This document shows positions 48,451 through 59,441 of a stretch of 64,000 bases of DNA, piece after piece. The stretch is from assembly GCA_965205485.1 (NCBI GenBank), contig OZ242180.1, positions 4,448,001 through 4,512,000 of the forward strand. Reading direction: 5' to 3'. The position numbers and the translations under genes were made by a program. The stretch's first letter is position 1, and every line of letters begins with the position of its first letter. This DNA is from Candidatus Latescibacterota bacterium (GTDB taxonomy: Bacteria > Latescibacterota > UBA2968 > GCA-2709665). The notes beneath the pieces are model-generated. The model had not been told where the DNA came from. It worked only from the letters and a program-made list of their open reading frames with translations, and ran no database searches.

Positions 48451-49431
48451 CTAAATCCAACCCGGCGTACCGATGGTATCCGCGATCGGGATCGCCCGTT
48501 CGAGCTCCGCATCGGTCAGCCGAGGCATTTCCACGGTACCGGCGTTCTCATCCACCTGCCGGCGGTTCCTGGCGCCGGCGATCACGCACGACACGCCCGG
48601 GTGATCCAGCACGAAACGCAGTGCCGCCTGCGCCATGGTTCGTGTGCGGTTCCGCAGGAAAAGCAACTGCGGCAGGCGCTTCAGGCCATCGACCGTCTCG
48701 GGTTTGTTGAATCGTTCGAATCGCACGTCGTTTTCCGGGATCGTCCGTGCTTCAGCGCCGAAATACGTGCCCGTCAGTTGCCCTTTTGCAAGGGGCACGC
48801 GAATCAACGTGCCGATGTTCTCGGCCTTCGCCCAGTACAAGAACCCTTTCGCCGATCGCTCCAGCAGATTGTAGCCCACCTGCAACATATGTACAGATCC
48901 GAACGTACGGAGCTTCTCCACCGCTTGCCGGTCATTCGTCGAGATGCCGTACCACCGCACCTTTCCGGCCCGCCTGAGTTCTTCAAGCGCGTCCATGACC
49001 GCCGGCATCGCCCACTCGAAAGGAACGGCGTGCAACTGATAGACGTCGACGTGGCCCATCGCCAGACGCTTCAGGCTGAGCTCACACGCCTCTGTGATGC
49101 GACGCCGTACCGTGGACAAATCCCGTGATTCAGGATCGATGCCCGCGTTCGGCTGCACCTTCGTGGCCACGATCCATTTGTCTCTCCGTCCGCGCAGCGC
49201 CTTGCCCGTGAGTACCTCGCTGTGCCCGTCGCCGTAACCTTCGGCGGTATCGATCAGATTGATGCCCAATTCCTCGCAGCGATGGATCAGCGCAATCGAC
49301 TCGGAATCCCCGGTTCCGGTCCATCCGAACTGCGTACCGTCGGCCTGCCGCCGCATCCCCGATATAGGAAACGCGCCGAGACCGATTTCCGAAACCTGCA
49401 GCCCGGTCTGTCCCAGTATACGGTATCTCAT
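48451..49431 (-). CDS. aldo/keto reductase
   Basis: GQTGLQVSEIGLG, DTAEGYGDG, ATK, DVYQLH. Confidence 0.92.
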   Translation of the reverse strand: MRYRILGQTGLQVSEIGLGAFPISGMRRQADGTQFGWTGTGDSESIALIHRCEELGINLIDTAEGYGDGHSEVLTGKALRGRRDKWIVATKVQPNAGIDPESRDLSTVRRRITEACELSLKRLAMGHVDVYQLHAVPFEWAMPAVMDALEELRRAGKVRWYGISTNDRQAVEKLRTFGSVHMLQVGYNLLERSAKGFLYWAKAENIGTLIRVPLAKGQLTGTYFGAEARTIPENDVRFERFNKPETVDGLKRLPQLLFLRNRTRTMAQAALRFVLDHPGVSCVIAGARNRRQVDENAGTVEMPRLTDAELERAIPIADTIGTPGWI

Positions 49432-50990
49432 CGCGCTTCCTCCTTCAGATCCGCCCCGGTTTCGACACCCGGCGAGAGGGAAATCTCCTGCCATGCCGTT
49501 CCAGGCTGCCGCCACCAGACTGACGCTTCAGAGTCGGCGCCGTTGAAGATCCGGACGTTTCCGGCGGACGGACCTGGAGGGACGACCAGCGAGACCACAT
49601 GCTCGTGCAAACCGGGCCCGCCTCCCGGACGGCGGAATTCCACCGCGGGCGCCAGCGCCCCAAGTTGCTCCCTGGCGCCGAGCAACAACGGACCGTAGCA
49701 TCCGGTTACGGCTCCGGCGCCCCAGTTTCTGCCGTGGCCGGCGGCCACGGAGCAGACCGCCCCGCCCATGTCCGCGTGCTCCCTACCGCCCCTCAGAACG
49801 CGCCGCGCCACCTTCAACTTCCGCGCCGCCTGTTTCATTGCCCGCGCTGCGAACGAGTCGTCGCCGGTCATCTGATAGGCCAGCGTCAACGCGGCCGTGC
49901 AGGGCTCGCTCGTTGGCGTGACGCGGTCCATTCCGTCTGACTGCACGCCCCAGTGCAGCATATCGGCCCGCTTCCCGACGCCGGGAAGGATCATCCTCGG
50001 CTTCTCCGGCACCATCAGCACGAGTTCGCCGGCTTCCTCGTCCGGAAGCCGTCCCAGCATTTCCCGGATCCGGCCATCCAGGGTGTCGTCGCCGAAGGCG
50101 CAGCGGTAAAAGGAGACGGCGGCGGCGCCCGGATCGCAATAGGGGTCGTGAAGCATGTCGACGAGCGGCTCGACAATCCGGAATCCCGCGTCGCGAAATA
50201 CCCTCTCGCCGGACAGTCGAAACAGATCCCCGAGCGCGTGGACCGCGCCGGACGCCAGCAGCACCTCCACGCCCCTGGCCGGATCGTCCGGCATATGGTG
50301 GCTTGCGGCGCTCATCCTGCGCTGCGACTCCGTATAATTGCATGCGCTCAGAGGCCGCCCGTCAGGTCCCCACATCACCGGCAACTCCCCGTCCGGCGCC
50401 GCTGCGATCATCTCCGCGCGACGCCGGCCGTACCGCAACGCCCAGTCCAGGTAACGTTCCTGCTTCAGCACACGGTATGCCGCCAGAGCGATGTGGATGA
50501 ACCGGAAGTGCTCCGCCAGTTCCACCGCGTGCTCCGGGTCCCGCCCCACGGTCCGGGTACCGATGTGGTATCCGAAGAATCGGTTCCGGTCCCAGTCGAA
50601 CCACGCCGGGATCCCCTTCTCCCAGTTCCCGATGTGTTCGGCCGCATCCCCGAGCAGTCGCGCCGCCACCCGGTCCTCCGGAAAGAGACCCAGATAGCGC
50701 GGGAGAAAGAGCAGGAACGGCTCGGTGCCGTGATGCGCCTCCGCCTCCGGCTCGTAGCCGTGCAGACATTCACGCCGGACCCACCCCGCAAGCTGATCCC
50801 TGAGAACCTCGAAGTGCGCCGCGACCGCCGGATCGCCCGTCACAAGAAAGTGCGGGAACCAGGCCAGCGCGTAGTTGGCTTCGTCTTCGCCGCCGCCGTG
50901 CCTGCCCGGAGGGTCCATAAGCCGACTCTGCGCCAGCCAGGCGTCCATCTCCTTCCTGAGGGCGGCATAGTGTCTGAAACAGGCCTGCAT
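49428..50990 (-). CDS. hypothetical protein (possible alpha/alpha-barrel)
   Basis: 520-aa ORF coupled by overlap to the AKR gene; EAHHGTE and GREHAD motifs; family not recognised. Confidence 0.6.
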   Translation of the reverse strand: MQACFRHYAALRKEMDAWLAQSRLMDPPGRHGGGEDEANYALAWFPHFLVTGDPAVAAHFEVLRDQLAGWVRRECLHGYEPEAEAHHGTEPFLLFLPRYLGLFPEDRVAARLLGDAAEHIGNWEKGIPAWFDWDRNRFFGYHIGTRTVGRDPEHAVELAEHFRFIHIALAAYRVLKQERYLDWALRYGRRRAEMIAAAPDGELPVMWGPDGRPLSACNYTESQRRMSAASHHMPDDPARGVEVLLASGAVHALGDLFRLSGERVFRDAGFRIVEPLVDMLHDPYCDPGAAAVSFYRCAFGDDTLDGRIREMLGRLPDEEAGELVLMVPEKPRMILPGVGKRADMLHWGVQSDGMDRVTPTSEPCTAALTLAYQMTGDDSFAARAMKQAARKLKVARRVLRGGREHADMGGAVCSVAAGHGRNWGAGAVTGCYGPLLLGAREQLGALAPAVEFRRPGGGPGLHEHVVSLVVPPGPSAGNVRIFNGADSEASVWWRQPGTAWQEISLSPGVETGADLKEEAR

Positions 50991-51058
50991 ATACGGTCTG
51001 CAAGAGTGACTGGAGGAGGAGCGTCGCCGACCAAACGTAGATCAGGATGCCCGCCTCT

Positions 51059-52426
51059 TCAGGAGATACGTTTGAGTCCCGACTCGAACGCCGACACGAT
51101 TCGATCCGCTTCGTCTCGTGTCAATATCAAAGGGGGCGCCAGGAAGAAGATACTCTCGGGGCCGTGCATCACGTGGCTCATTCGTCCCACGATCACGCCC
51201 TGTTCAAGGATGCCGGCCTGCACCGCCCCGACCCGGGCCGAGTCCAGCATATCTCCGTTCTCCGCCGCAAGTTCGACGGCGATCATCAGCCCCTTGCCCC
51301 GCACTTCACCGATGAACGGAGAGTCCAGGCGTCCCAACCCGTCCAGAAGGTACGCGCCGACTTCCGCGGAATTCTCCCAAAGCCGTTCGGCCGTCAGAAT
51401 GTCCAGATTCGCCAGTGCCGCCGTACAGCAGACCGGATGTCCGCCATAGGTGGACACCGAGGAGAATTCCCGATGCTCACCGGGTTCGCCCATGAAGGTC
51501 TCGAACACCTCCGGCGTCACCGCGCACGCTCCGAGGGGCAGATATCCGCTGGACACGCCCTTCGCCATGGTCATCATGTCCGGAACCACGCCCCAGTGTT
51601 CGGCGGCAAACAGCTTGCCTGTCCGGCCGAATCCCGTGATCACTTCGTCGAGGATCAGAAGCACACCGTATTGGTCGCAGATTTCTCGAAGGCGCGGCAG
51701 GTACCCGTCCGGCGGGACGATCACACCGCCGCCGCCGATAATCGGCTCGGCTATGACCGCCGCAACCGTTGTCGGGTCCTCACGGACAATGGCCTCTTCG
51801 ACCTCGTTCGCACACGCCACACCGCCGTCAGGGTAGGTCACTTTCGACCCGAAGCGAAAAGACCAGGGCGGGTTCACATGCAGAAAACCCGGCATCAGGG
51901 GTTCGAACCCGGCCCTCCTGGCAACCTGTCCCGTCGCGGACATCGCACCGAAGGTAAACCCGTGATAGCCCTGGTATCTGGCGATCACCTTGAACCGGTT
52001 CTGGCCCGGGTACTTCTGCCGGCCGTACTGCCTCGCAATCTTCAGCGCGGTTTCGTTCGCCTCGGATCCGCTGTTGGAGAAGAAGAGATGGTTCAGGTCC
52101 CCCGGGAGCATATCGGCGAGCCGGGATGCAAGCTTCGCGGCGGGCAGATTCACCTGGAGATGGGGATAGTACGAAAGCTGCAGCATCTGTTCGTGCACGG
52201 CATCCGCGATCTCCCGGCGGCCGTATCCGACGTTGACGTTCCAGAGCCCCGCGTATGCATCCAGGTACTCCCGCCCCTCCGCGTCCACGACCGTGGTTCC
52301 CTTTCCCTTGTGGATCACCATCAGATCCCGTTGCTCCAGCGTCCGATGCTGTACCATCGGATGCCACACGTGCGCGCGGTCCTGCGCACGAATCTCCCCG
52401 ATGTCCAGTTGATGTGCGTCCGCCAT
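51059..52426 (-). CDS. class-III PLP aminotransferase (omega-amine/taurine-like)
   Basis: GLWNVNVGYG, SGSEANE, YHG, DEVITGFGRTG, AKGVSSGY, TYGGHP. Confidence 0.92.
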   Translation of the reverse strand: MADAHQLDIGEIRAQDRAHVWHPMVQHRTLEQRDLMVIHKGKGTTVVDAEGREYLDAYAGLWNVNVGYGRREIADAVHEQMLQLSYYPHLQVNLPAAKLASRLADMLPGDLNHLFFSNSGSEANETALKIARQYGRQKYPGQNRFKVIARYQGYHGFTFGAMSATGQVARRAGFEPLMPGFLHVNPPWSFRFGSKVTYPDGGVACANEVEEAIVREDPTTVAAVIAEPIIGGGGVIVPPDGYLPRLREICDQYGVLLILDEVITGFGRTGKLFAAEHWGVVPDMMTMAKGVSSGYLPLGACAVTPEVFETFMGEPGEHREFSSVSTYGGHPVCCTAALANLDILTAERLWENSAEVGAYLLDGLGRLDSPFIGEVRGKGLMIAVELAAENGDMLDSARVGAVQAGILEQGVIVGRMSHVMHGPESIFFLAPPLILTRDEADRIVSAFESGLKRIS

Positions 52427-52467
52427 AGGCTTCTCCCGTTCCAGCGATCCATTCGACGATATTCGGC

Positions 52468-52496
52468 TTGACTACCCTGCGCCCCGGATCTACTTT
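52468..52496 (+). promoter_or_regulatory. sigma70-like promoter (rightward)
   Basis: TTGACT-17 nt-TACTTT. Confidence 0.55.
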
Positions 52497-52519
52497 GTAG
52501 CCGGTCGTTAAGGAGCATC

Positions 52520-52548
52520 ATCATACAGCATTCAAGGATTGAAGTCAA
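52520..52548 (-). promoter_or_regulatory. sigma70-like promoter (leftward)
   Basis: TTGACT-17 nt-TATGAT. Confidence 0.6.
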
Positions 52549-52707
52549 GGTCTACGCCGCTCGTACCCGGCTGGATCACACGCTCGTCGGCCCGCCCCCT
52601 TTCGGTTGCATTCCGGGCCCCGGTTGCAGACCGTTTGCCCTTCGCGTACGGGCGGCGGCCGACGTCCCGCGGCCCCGGGCTGATCCGACCGCATCCGCGA
52701 GGTCTCC

Positions 52708-54012
52708 ATGGCCAAACCCGAACACCATACCGTTATCATCGTGGGCGGGGGCCCGGCCGGCCTTCCGCTGGCCGTGGTACTCGGCGGGTGGCACCCGTAT
52801 TACCGCGGCGGCGACCTGTTCCGAAGTCGATACGGACAGGTCGACCGCTACCTTCGCGGCGAAAGCGGCACCCTGATCGGCCTGGATTTCAGAGCCGTGG
52901 CGAACGCCGGCATCCGTCCCGTGGACCTGTTTCGCATTCTGCACCATCCTGGACAGAAGTTCCGGGGCGAGGGCGAAATTGCCCTGGAATTCCGGAAGCG
53001 CGAACCCGTCGACGTCTTGCTGATCACCCGCGAAGAGGTTGGCGGCGTGTGGAACAATGTACCGGAAAACATGCTCACGCTGTCACCGGGCCAATGGATG
53101 GAATTCGCCTTCTATCCGCTCGACCGTCACTTCAGTGAACGACAGATGCATCTGGATGTCAACGCCCTGATTTCGAAACCTCACCTCCTGGACTATTATC
53201 ACGCCGTACCGGGCCGCTTCGAGGTCGAAGATCATATACGCACACACGAACGCGTGACCCGCATCCAGCCCCACGACGCCGGATTTCTGCTCACCACCCG
53301 CGTCGCCGGCTCGGAAACCACCCGCCGCTACACGTGCAGGTACCTCGTCTACGCGGTGGGGCAGCGGTGCATTCCCCGGAAACTCAACGTGCCCGGCGAA
53401 CACCTGCCGTTCGTCACTTCAGGCTACGATCAACCGGGGAGCTATCCCGGCGAACGCATCCTCGTCGTGGGCGGCGGCCGGTCCGCAGACTGGGCGGCAA
53501 CCGAACTGCACGACGCGGGCAGGCACGTCCACTACGTCATGCGCCAGCCCTTCGATCGTCACTGGCGCCTGATATCGGACAGCCGATACGGCCTCCCCTA
53601 CTACGCGCGGATCGCCGAAATCATGGAGAGCCGGTCCCCGCGCCTGAATACACGTTACGAAACCCGGGTCCACGGTTTCGAGCAGCACGTATCCGGAGGC
53701 ATTGTCACCCTTGGCCGCAACGGCGGCCGTGAAACGCTGGAAGTCGATCACGCCCTCCTCGAAATCGGCGGCATCGCGGACTACTCCCTTTTCGAGGGGT
53801 TTCCACCGCTTCGTGTGGTGGAAAAACACGACAATTACCGGTTCCAGGTCCATCAGTTGCCCACGCATCCGCACAACTATGAATGCACCTCGATCCCGAA
53901 CATGTATCCCGGCGGATACCTGGCGGAGGGCCTGGGTCTGGTCGTCATCGGCATGCACGGCACAACCTACGCGATCGCGGGAGACATTCTTCAAAAGGAA
54001 GGACTGTTGTAG
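52708..54012 (+). CDS. FAD/NAD(P)-dependent oxidoreductase, OSGIN-like
   Basis: IVGGGPAG and VVGGGRSA dinucleotide-binding motifs; GGVW...MLTLSPGQWM segment. Confidence 0.8.
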   Translation: MAKPEHHTVIIVGGGPAGLPLAVVLGGWHPYYRGGDLFRSRYGQVDRYLRGESGTLIGLDFRAVANAGIRPVDLFRILHHPGQKFRGEGEIALEFRKREPVDVLLITREEVGGVWNNVPENMLTLSPGQWMEFAFYPLDRHFSERQMHLDVNALISKPHLLDYYHAVPGRFEVEDHIRTHERVTRIQPHDAGFLLTTRVAGSETTRRYTCRYLVYAVGQRCIPRKLNVPGEHLPFVTSGYDQPGSYPGERILVVGGGRSADWAATELHDAGRHVHYVMRQPFDRHWRLISDSRYGLPYYARIAEIMESRSPRLNTRYETRVHGFEQHVSGGIVTLGRNGGRETLEVDHALLEIGGIADYSLFEGFPPLRVVEKHDNYRFQVHQLPTHPHNYECTSIPNMYPGGYLAEGLGLVVIGMHGTTYAIAGDILQKEGLL

Positions 54013-54164
54013 AAGCCGCATTTACTTCGACACGCCCGTGCGGGCATCAGTACGGTTTCATCAGCCGGCCACCCCCGAAAATGTCCTTGGACATTTCACC
54101 GGACGGGCTTTATTAAAGAAGCCCTGGACGTCCATAACCATCTCCAATCACCCGGAGTCGATCC

Positions 54165-55364
54165 TTGCCCGTCACCATTCGCGACGTCAGAACCATCCTC
54201 ACCCAGCCTGCCGGATCACGCCTCATCGTGGTCAAAATCCTCACGTCCCAACCCGGTCTCTACGGTCTCGGCTGCGCCACGTTCACCCAGCGGTTTCACG
54301 CCGTCCATACCGCCCTCGAAAAACACCTGAAACCCTTTCTCATCGGACGCGACGTCGACCGAATCGAAGAAATCTGGCAGACGTCCATGGTCAACGGCTA
54401 CTGGCGCAACGGCCCCGTACTCAACAATGCGATTTCCGGGGTCGATATCGCACTGTGGGATATCAAGGGCAAGCGCGCCGGGATGCCCGTCTACCAGCTT
54501 CTGGGCGGCAAATGCCGCGAAGCCGCAGCCTGCTACGCGCACGCCGACGGTGGAGACAGAAACGAAGTCCTGGACAACGTCCTGAAATTCCATGAGCAGG
54601 GCTATCAGCACATCCGCGTGCAGATGGGCGGGTACGGAGGACGGACGTCACGCCTGCGCTCACCTGAAGGGGCGCAGGAAGGGGCGTATTACGACCCGCG
54701 GGAATATGCACGCGGGGTCCTCGACATGATCGAGCACGTCCGTTCAAACACGGACGCGCACGTGGAACTCCTCCACGACATTCACGAGCGTCTCGTACCG
54801 ATAGACGCGGTACAGTTCGCAAGAGACGCGGAGCCCTTCAAGTTGTTCTTCCTCGAGGACCCGCTCGCCCCGGAAGACCTGGAGTGGTTCCGCAACATCC
54901 GGCTGCAATGCGCCACGCCGATCGCCATGGGGGAACTTTTCAATCATCCGCGGGAGTGGACGCCGCTCATCCAGGACCGGCTGATCGACTTCATCCGAAT
55001 GCACATCAGCCAGATGGGCGGCCTGACGCCGGCCCGCAACGTGGCGGCATTCGCCGGCATGTACGGCATCCGCACCGCCTGGCACGGGCCGGGTGACGTT
55101 TCTCCGGTCGGGCACGCCGCCAATCTGCACCTGGACCTCTGGGCGCCCAACTTCGGAATCCAGGAGTGGTGCCGGTTTGACGAACGCGTGTGCGAAATCT
55201 TCCCCGGCACGCCCGAAGTCAAAGGCGGTTACATGTATCCCAACAGCCGGCCAGGCCTCGGAATCGACGTCGACGAGGACCTCGCCTCGAAGTATCCCTG
55301 TCAGGATGAAATCATCGACTGGACGCAGGCCCGCCTGCCGGACGGCTCTCCCGCCAGGCCTTGA
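54165..55364 (+). CDS. enolase-superfamily dehydratase (D-mannonate dehydratase/RspA-like)
   Basis: YWRNGPV, LWDIKGK, LLHDIHERL, FFLEDP, MGELF, WHGP.D.SPVG; TTG start. Confidence 0.88.
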   Translation: MPVTIRDVRTILTQPAGSRLIVVKILTSQPGLYGLGCATFTQRFHAVHTALEKHLKPFLIGRDVDRIEEIWQTSMVNGYWRNGPVLNNAISGVDIALWDIKGKRAGMPVYQLLGGKCREAAACYAHADGGDRNEVLDNVLKFHEQGYQHIRVQMGGYGGRTSRLRSPEGAQEGAYYDPREYARGVLDMIEHVRSNTDAHVELLHDIHERLVPIDAVQFARDAEPFKLFFLEDPLAPEDLEWFRNIRLQCATPIAMGELFNHPREWTPLIQDRLIDFIRMHISQMGGLTPARNVAAFAGMYGIRTAWHGPGDVSPVGHAANLHLDLWAPNFGIQEWCRFDERVCEIFPGTPEVKGGYMYPNSRPGLGIDVDEDLASKYPCQDEIIDWTQARLPDGSPARP

Positions 55365-55397
55365 CCGCAGGCATGAACCCAACCAAGGAGGCACAAC

Positions 55398-56267
55398 ATG
55401 ATCAACATCGGCATCGTCGGTGCGGAAAACAGCCACACCGTCGCCATTTCGAAGACGCTGAACATCGACAAAAAAGTACCGGGCTGCCGCGTCACCCACG
55501 TGTGGGGCGAAGCCGCCGGGTACGCCAGAGACGCCCAGGACCGGGGACAGATTCCGAATATCGTCGAGCAGCCCGAAGAGATGATCGGCCAGGTCGACGC
55601 CGCGTGCGTGGACCATCGCGACGCGAAATATCACCTGCCCGCGGTCTGGCCGCTGATCGAAGCCGGAATTCCGGTATTCGTGGACAAGCCGTTCTGTTAT
55701 CGGGTCGAGGAGGGCAGGCGTTTTCTGGACCGCGCATCGGAACTCGGGATCCCCGTCTGCTCCTTCTCGGTATTACCCAGACAGGCGTCTTTCAACCGGC
55801 TCAAGAACGATATCGCCGATATGGGGCGGGTTGTCTCGGTGGTCACAACCGGGCCCTGCGACATCGAATCCGAGTGGGGCGGCGTCTTCTTCTATGGCAT
55901 CCACCAGGTGGACATGGCCGTGCGACTGCTCGACAACGACGTGACCCACGCGCAGGTCAATCTGGGCGGGAGAAACCATACCGGTACGCTGTACTCGTCG
56001 AGCGGCGACGTTTCCACGCTCAATCTGTTCACCGAGGGACACAGCGCCTTCCATGTCTCGGTCATCTGCGAAAAGGGGCGGGTCGACCGCACCATCGGCT
56101 ACGACGAGAATCCATATCTGGGCGGCGCAAGGGCCTTCTGCGACATGTTCAAGACAGGCAACACCGATGAAACCCGCGAGTCCATGCTCATGCCGGTTGC
56201 CGTGCTGGAAGCGCTTGAAAAATCCATCAACCAGAAAGAGAAGATCGAGGTCCCGTCCATCGGATAG
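55398..56267 (+). CDS. Gfo/Idh/MocA oxidoreductase
   Basis: IGIVGAENSH, VFVDKP, FYGIH; AAGGAGG RBS. Confidence 0.85.
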   Translation: MINIGIVGAENSHTVAISKTLNIDKKVPGCRVTHVWGEAAGYARDAQDRGQIPNIVEQPEEMIGQVDAACVDHRDAKYHLPAVWPLIEAGIPVFVDKPFCYRVEEGRRFLDRASELGIPVCSFSVLPRQASFNRLKNDIADMGRVVSVVTTGPCDIESEWGGVFFYGIHQVDMAVRLLDNDVTHAQVNLGGRNHTGTLYSSSGDVSTLNLFTEGHSAFHVSVICEKGRVDRTIGYDENPYLGGARAFCDMFKTGNTDETRESMLMPVAVLEALEKSINQKEKIEVPSIG

Positions 56268-56354
56268 CGCCAAATCGATCCGGCCCGGCACGAGTTGCTC
56301 GTCACCGTGCGAGACAGGCGCGCGATCCGGCCGATTGGGACTTCCATGCAGGTT

Positions 56355-57398
56355 TCAGTTGCCGATGGCCTCCCTCAGCACCCTGAGGTGGTTCCCGCCG
56401 AGAACCTTGCGGACATCGTCTTCTGAATAACCCCTGGCCAGCAATCCGTCGGAAATCCTCGGAAACGAGGTCGCGTCGTCCAGCAGCGTTCCCCCGCCGT
56501 CGAAGTCCGATCCGATGCCCGCGTGGTCCGTGCCTGCAAGCTGCACGATGTGATCGACGTGGTCGAGAAGACGGGCGAACGTGGGCGTCGACTTATCGAC
56601 AAAACGGGGCACGAACGTTACGCCGATGGACCCGCCATTCTTCGCCACTGCCCTGATCTGCTCGTTGCTCAGGTTTCTCGGGTGGTCGCAGAGCGCCTTG
56701 CAGTTGCTGTGCGAAGCGATCACCGGTTTTTGCGATACCTCCATCACGTCCCAGAATCCTGTTTCGCTGATGTGAGAGACGTCCACCAGCATCCCCAGGT
56801 CGTTCATCTCCTCCACAAGCCGCACGCCGAAACGCGTGAGTCCGCCCCGGCTGCGCGCCTCGGCATTGCCGTCCGCGGCCAGGCTGCTCACATCGTGCGT
56901 CAGTCCGATTGAACGCACGCCCACCCGGTGCAGCATGCGAAGCACGTTTATGCTGCCCTCCACCCCGTCGCTGTTCTCGATCGCCAGAATCACAGCCAGC
57001 TTGCCGTCCTGTTTTGCGCGTACGATATCGCCCGCGGTCTTCGCCAACACAACGTCGCCCTCGTGCGCCGCCAGTTCGGAGTCGAAGAACCCCAATGCAT
57101 CCAACCCATAGGTCAGATGGTTCTTCACGGCAAGCGTGACGTCGACGGCGAAGAAGGCGGCGTCCAGGCCACCCGTCCGCATCTTCGGAAAATCGATCTG
57201 TACCGGGGACTCGAGCACCGACCGGTCCAGAAGCCCTCTCAATCGGGCCACACTGGCATTTCTGCGATCCCCGTCGGGTGGGGGACCCCCGGAAAATCCC
57301 AGGTTCCCACGACGAATGTGGTTGACGATCGCATCGTTGTGCGAATCGATCACCAGGGCGTCCCGATGAAAGTGTGCAGCGTCGTTCCGTTCGGTCAT
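56355..57398 (-). CDS. membrane dipeptidase (peptidase M19)
   Basis: DSHND, AIEN, VDVSH, ASHSN, HPRN, GIGSDFDG, GGN.LR. Confidence 0.92.
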   Translation of the reverse strand: MTERNDAAHFHRDALVIDSHNDAIVNHIRRGNLGFSGGPPPDGDRRNASVARLRGLLDRSVLESPVQIDFPKMRTGGLDAAFFAVDVTLAVKNHLTYGLDALGFFDSELAAHEGDVVLAKTAGDIVRAKQDGKLAVILAIENSDGVEGSINVLRMLHRVGVRSIGLTHDVSSLAADGNAEARSRGGLTRFGVRLVEEMNDLGMLVDVSHISETGFWDVMEVSQKPVIASHSNCKALCDHPRNLSNEQIRAVAKNGGSIGVTFVPRFVDKSTPTFARLLDHVDHIVQLAGTDHAGIGSDFDGGGTLLDDATSFPRISDGLLARGYSEDDVRKVLGGNHLRVLREAIGN

Positions 57399-58708
57399 AA
57401 CGATCTCCCCGTCAAGGCTTTAGGTGATCATCGAGCGCGAAATGCTATTTCGCGCTACGCCACGGCCATCAGAAATAATAGCTCATGGACACGAAACCCA
57501 GCGTCGGAAACGGTCCGAATTCCGACCGCACATCCAGGGAAGCCGGGAAAGGAGACGCGCCGGAGCTCCTGCCAAGCCCGAAAAGCACGCCACCGGACAC
57601 GGACCCGTTCTGAAAGCACCCGTACTCAAACGAGGGCGAGAGGAACGCTGACCGGTCCGAAAGGTTCCACAGAACCGGCAGATGGACCGACCAGAGCGGT
57701 GTAAGTTGCCACGCCAGACCTGGCGCCACGTAGTGCCTCCCCAGCAGGAAGACGCCCCCGGCGGTATAGGTCCGGTCATCAAGTAGCTTGTAATAGTCGC
57801 CTGTGCGGGAAACTCCGGCGCCGTTCAGGTGATACTCAAGGGTTCCGTAGATTCCGTTCGGGAATCGATGATCGAGACCTGTCGAAATACGCAGAAACGA
57901 CCGGCCGTCCGGTCTTCTGGTCCACGCCGCCTCCAGCCAGGCCCCCGCGTCCCCCAGAGATCCCGCGAGATCCATGCCCAGGAGCAGATGGTCCCGGTAC
58001 CCCATGGCCGTCAGATAGACGTCTACGCCGCGCGAAATGAAACCGCCGCGAACAAAGCCCGCCCCGCTCCGTGTCGAAACATCCCGCCCCGGAACCACGC
58101 CGGCGTCCAGCTCGCCCATCATTCCAACCGGCACCCGCAACCTGATGGCATCCACCCCGACGCGTTCGTCCTTGTCCAGCACTTCCGGAGAATAGGGCGC
58201 GACGACGTCGGTCGGGTTCACCGCTCGCGCCGAACCGAAAGCGACGACCTGCCGGCCAACGTGGAGTTCCGCGCGCGGCAGCGAAACCGTCACCACCGCA
58301 CGGTCCAGATTCTGGGTGACGGTGAATCCGCGGTCCGCGGCGTCATTGCGGGGATACAGTCTGGTCCCGAGATCCCGCACCCGGTAGTCGAACAGCGAAG
58401 GCGCCGCCGCCCACGCCGCTCCGGAGGAAGTCGAACCCGTCGCTCGTGCAGATAATTCGTACGCGAACTCGCCGGAAACGACGTATGACGGACGCCAGAA
58501 CAGCTTTGTGCGAACACGGTTCAACCAGATCCGCCGGGATTCCGGGTTCCGGATTTCGGGGACGGATACCGGCTGTTGTAACAGGGCAAAGGACTTCGCG
58601 TATCCGTTCAGCCTGAACCGGCCTTCCTCCGTCGACCCCCTCGTTGAAATCAAAACCAAAAGAACCGGAAAACACAGAAACAACCCGTGCGCTGGCGGGC
58701 GTGAACAA

Positions 58709-59413
<705 letters not shown>

Positions 59414-59441
59414 GCAACACTCCCGTTCCAGCGGTTCGCGT

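Noticed and set aside
54012..54125. Possible further degenerate MITE copy (CCGGACGGGCTTTATTAA)
   Set aside because: Only a short imperfect match to family D, with no paired TIR or target duplication.
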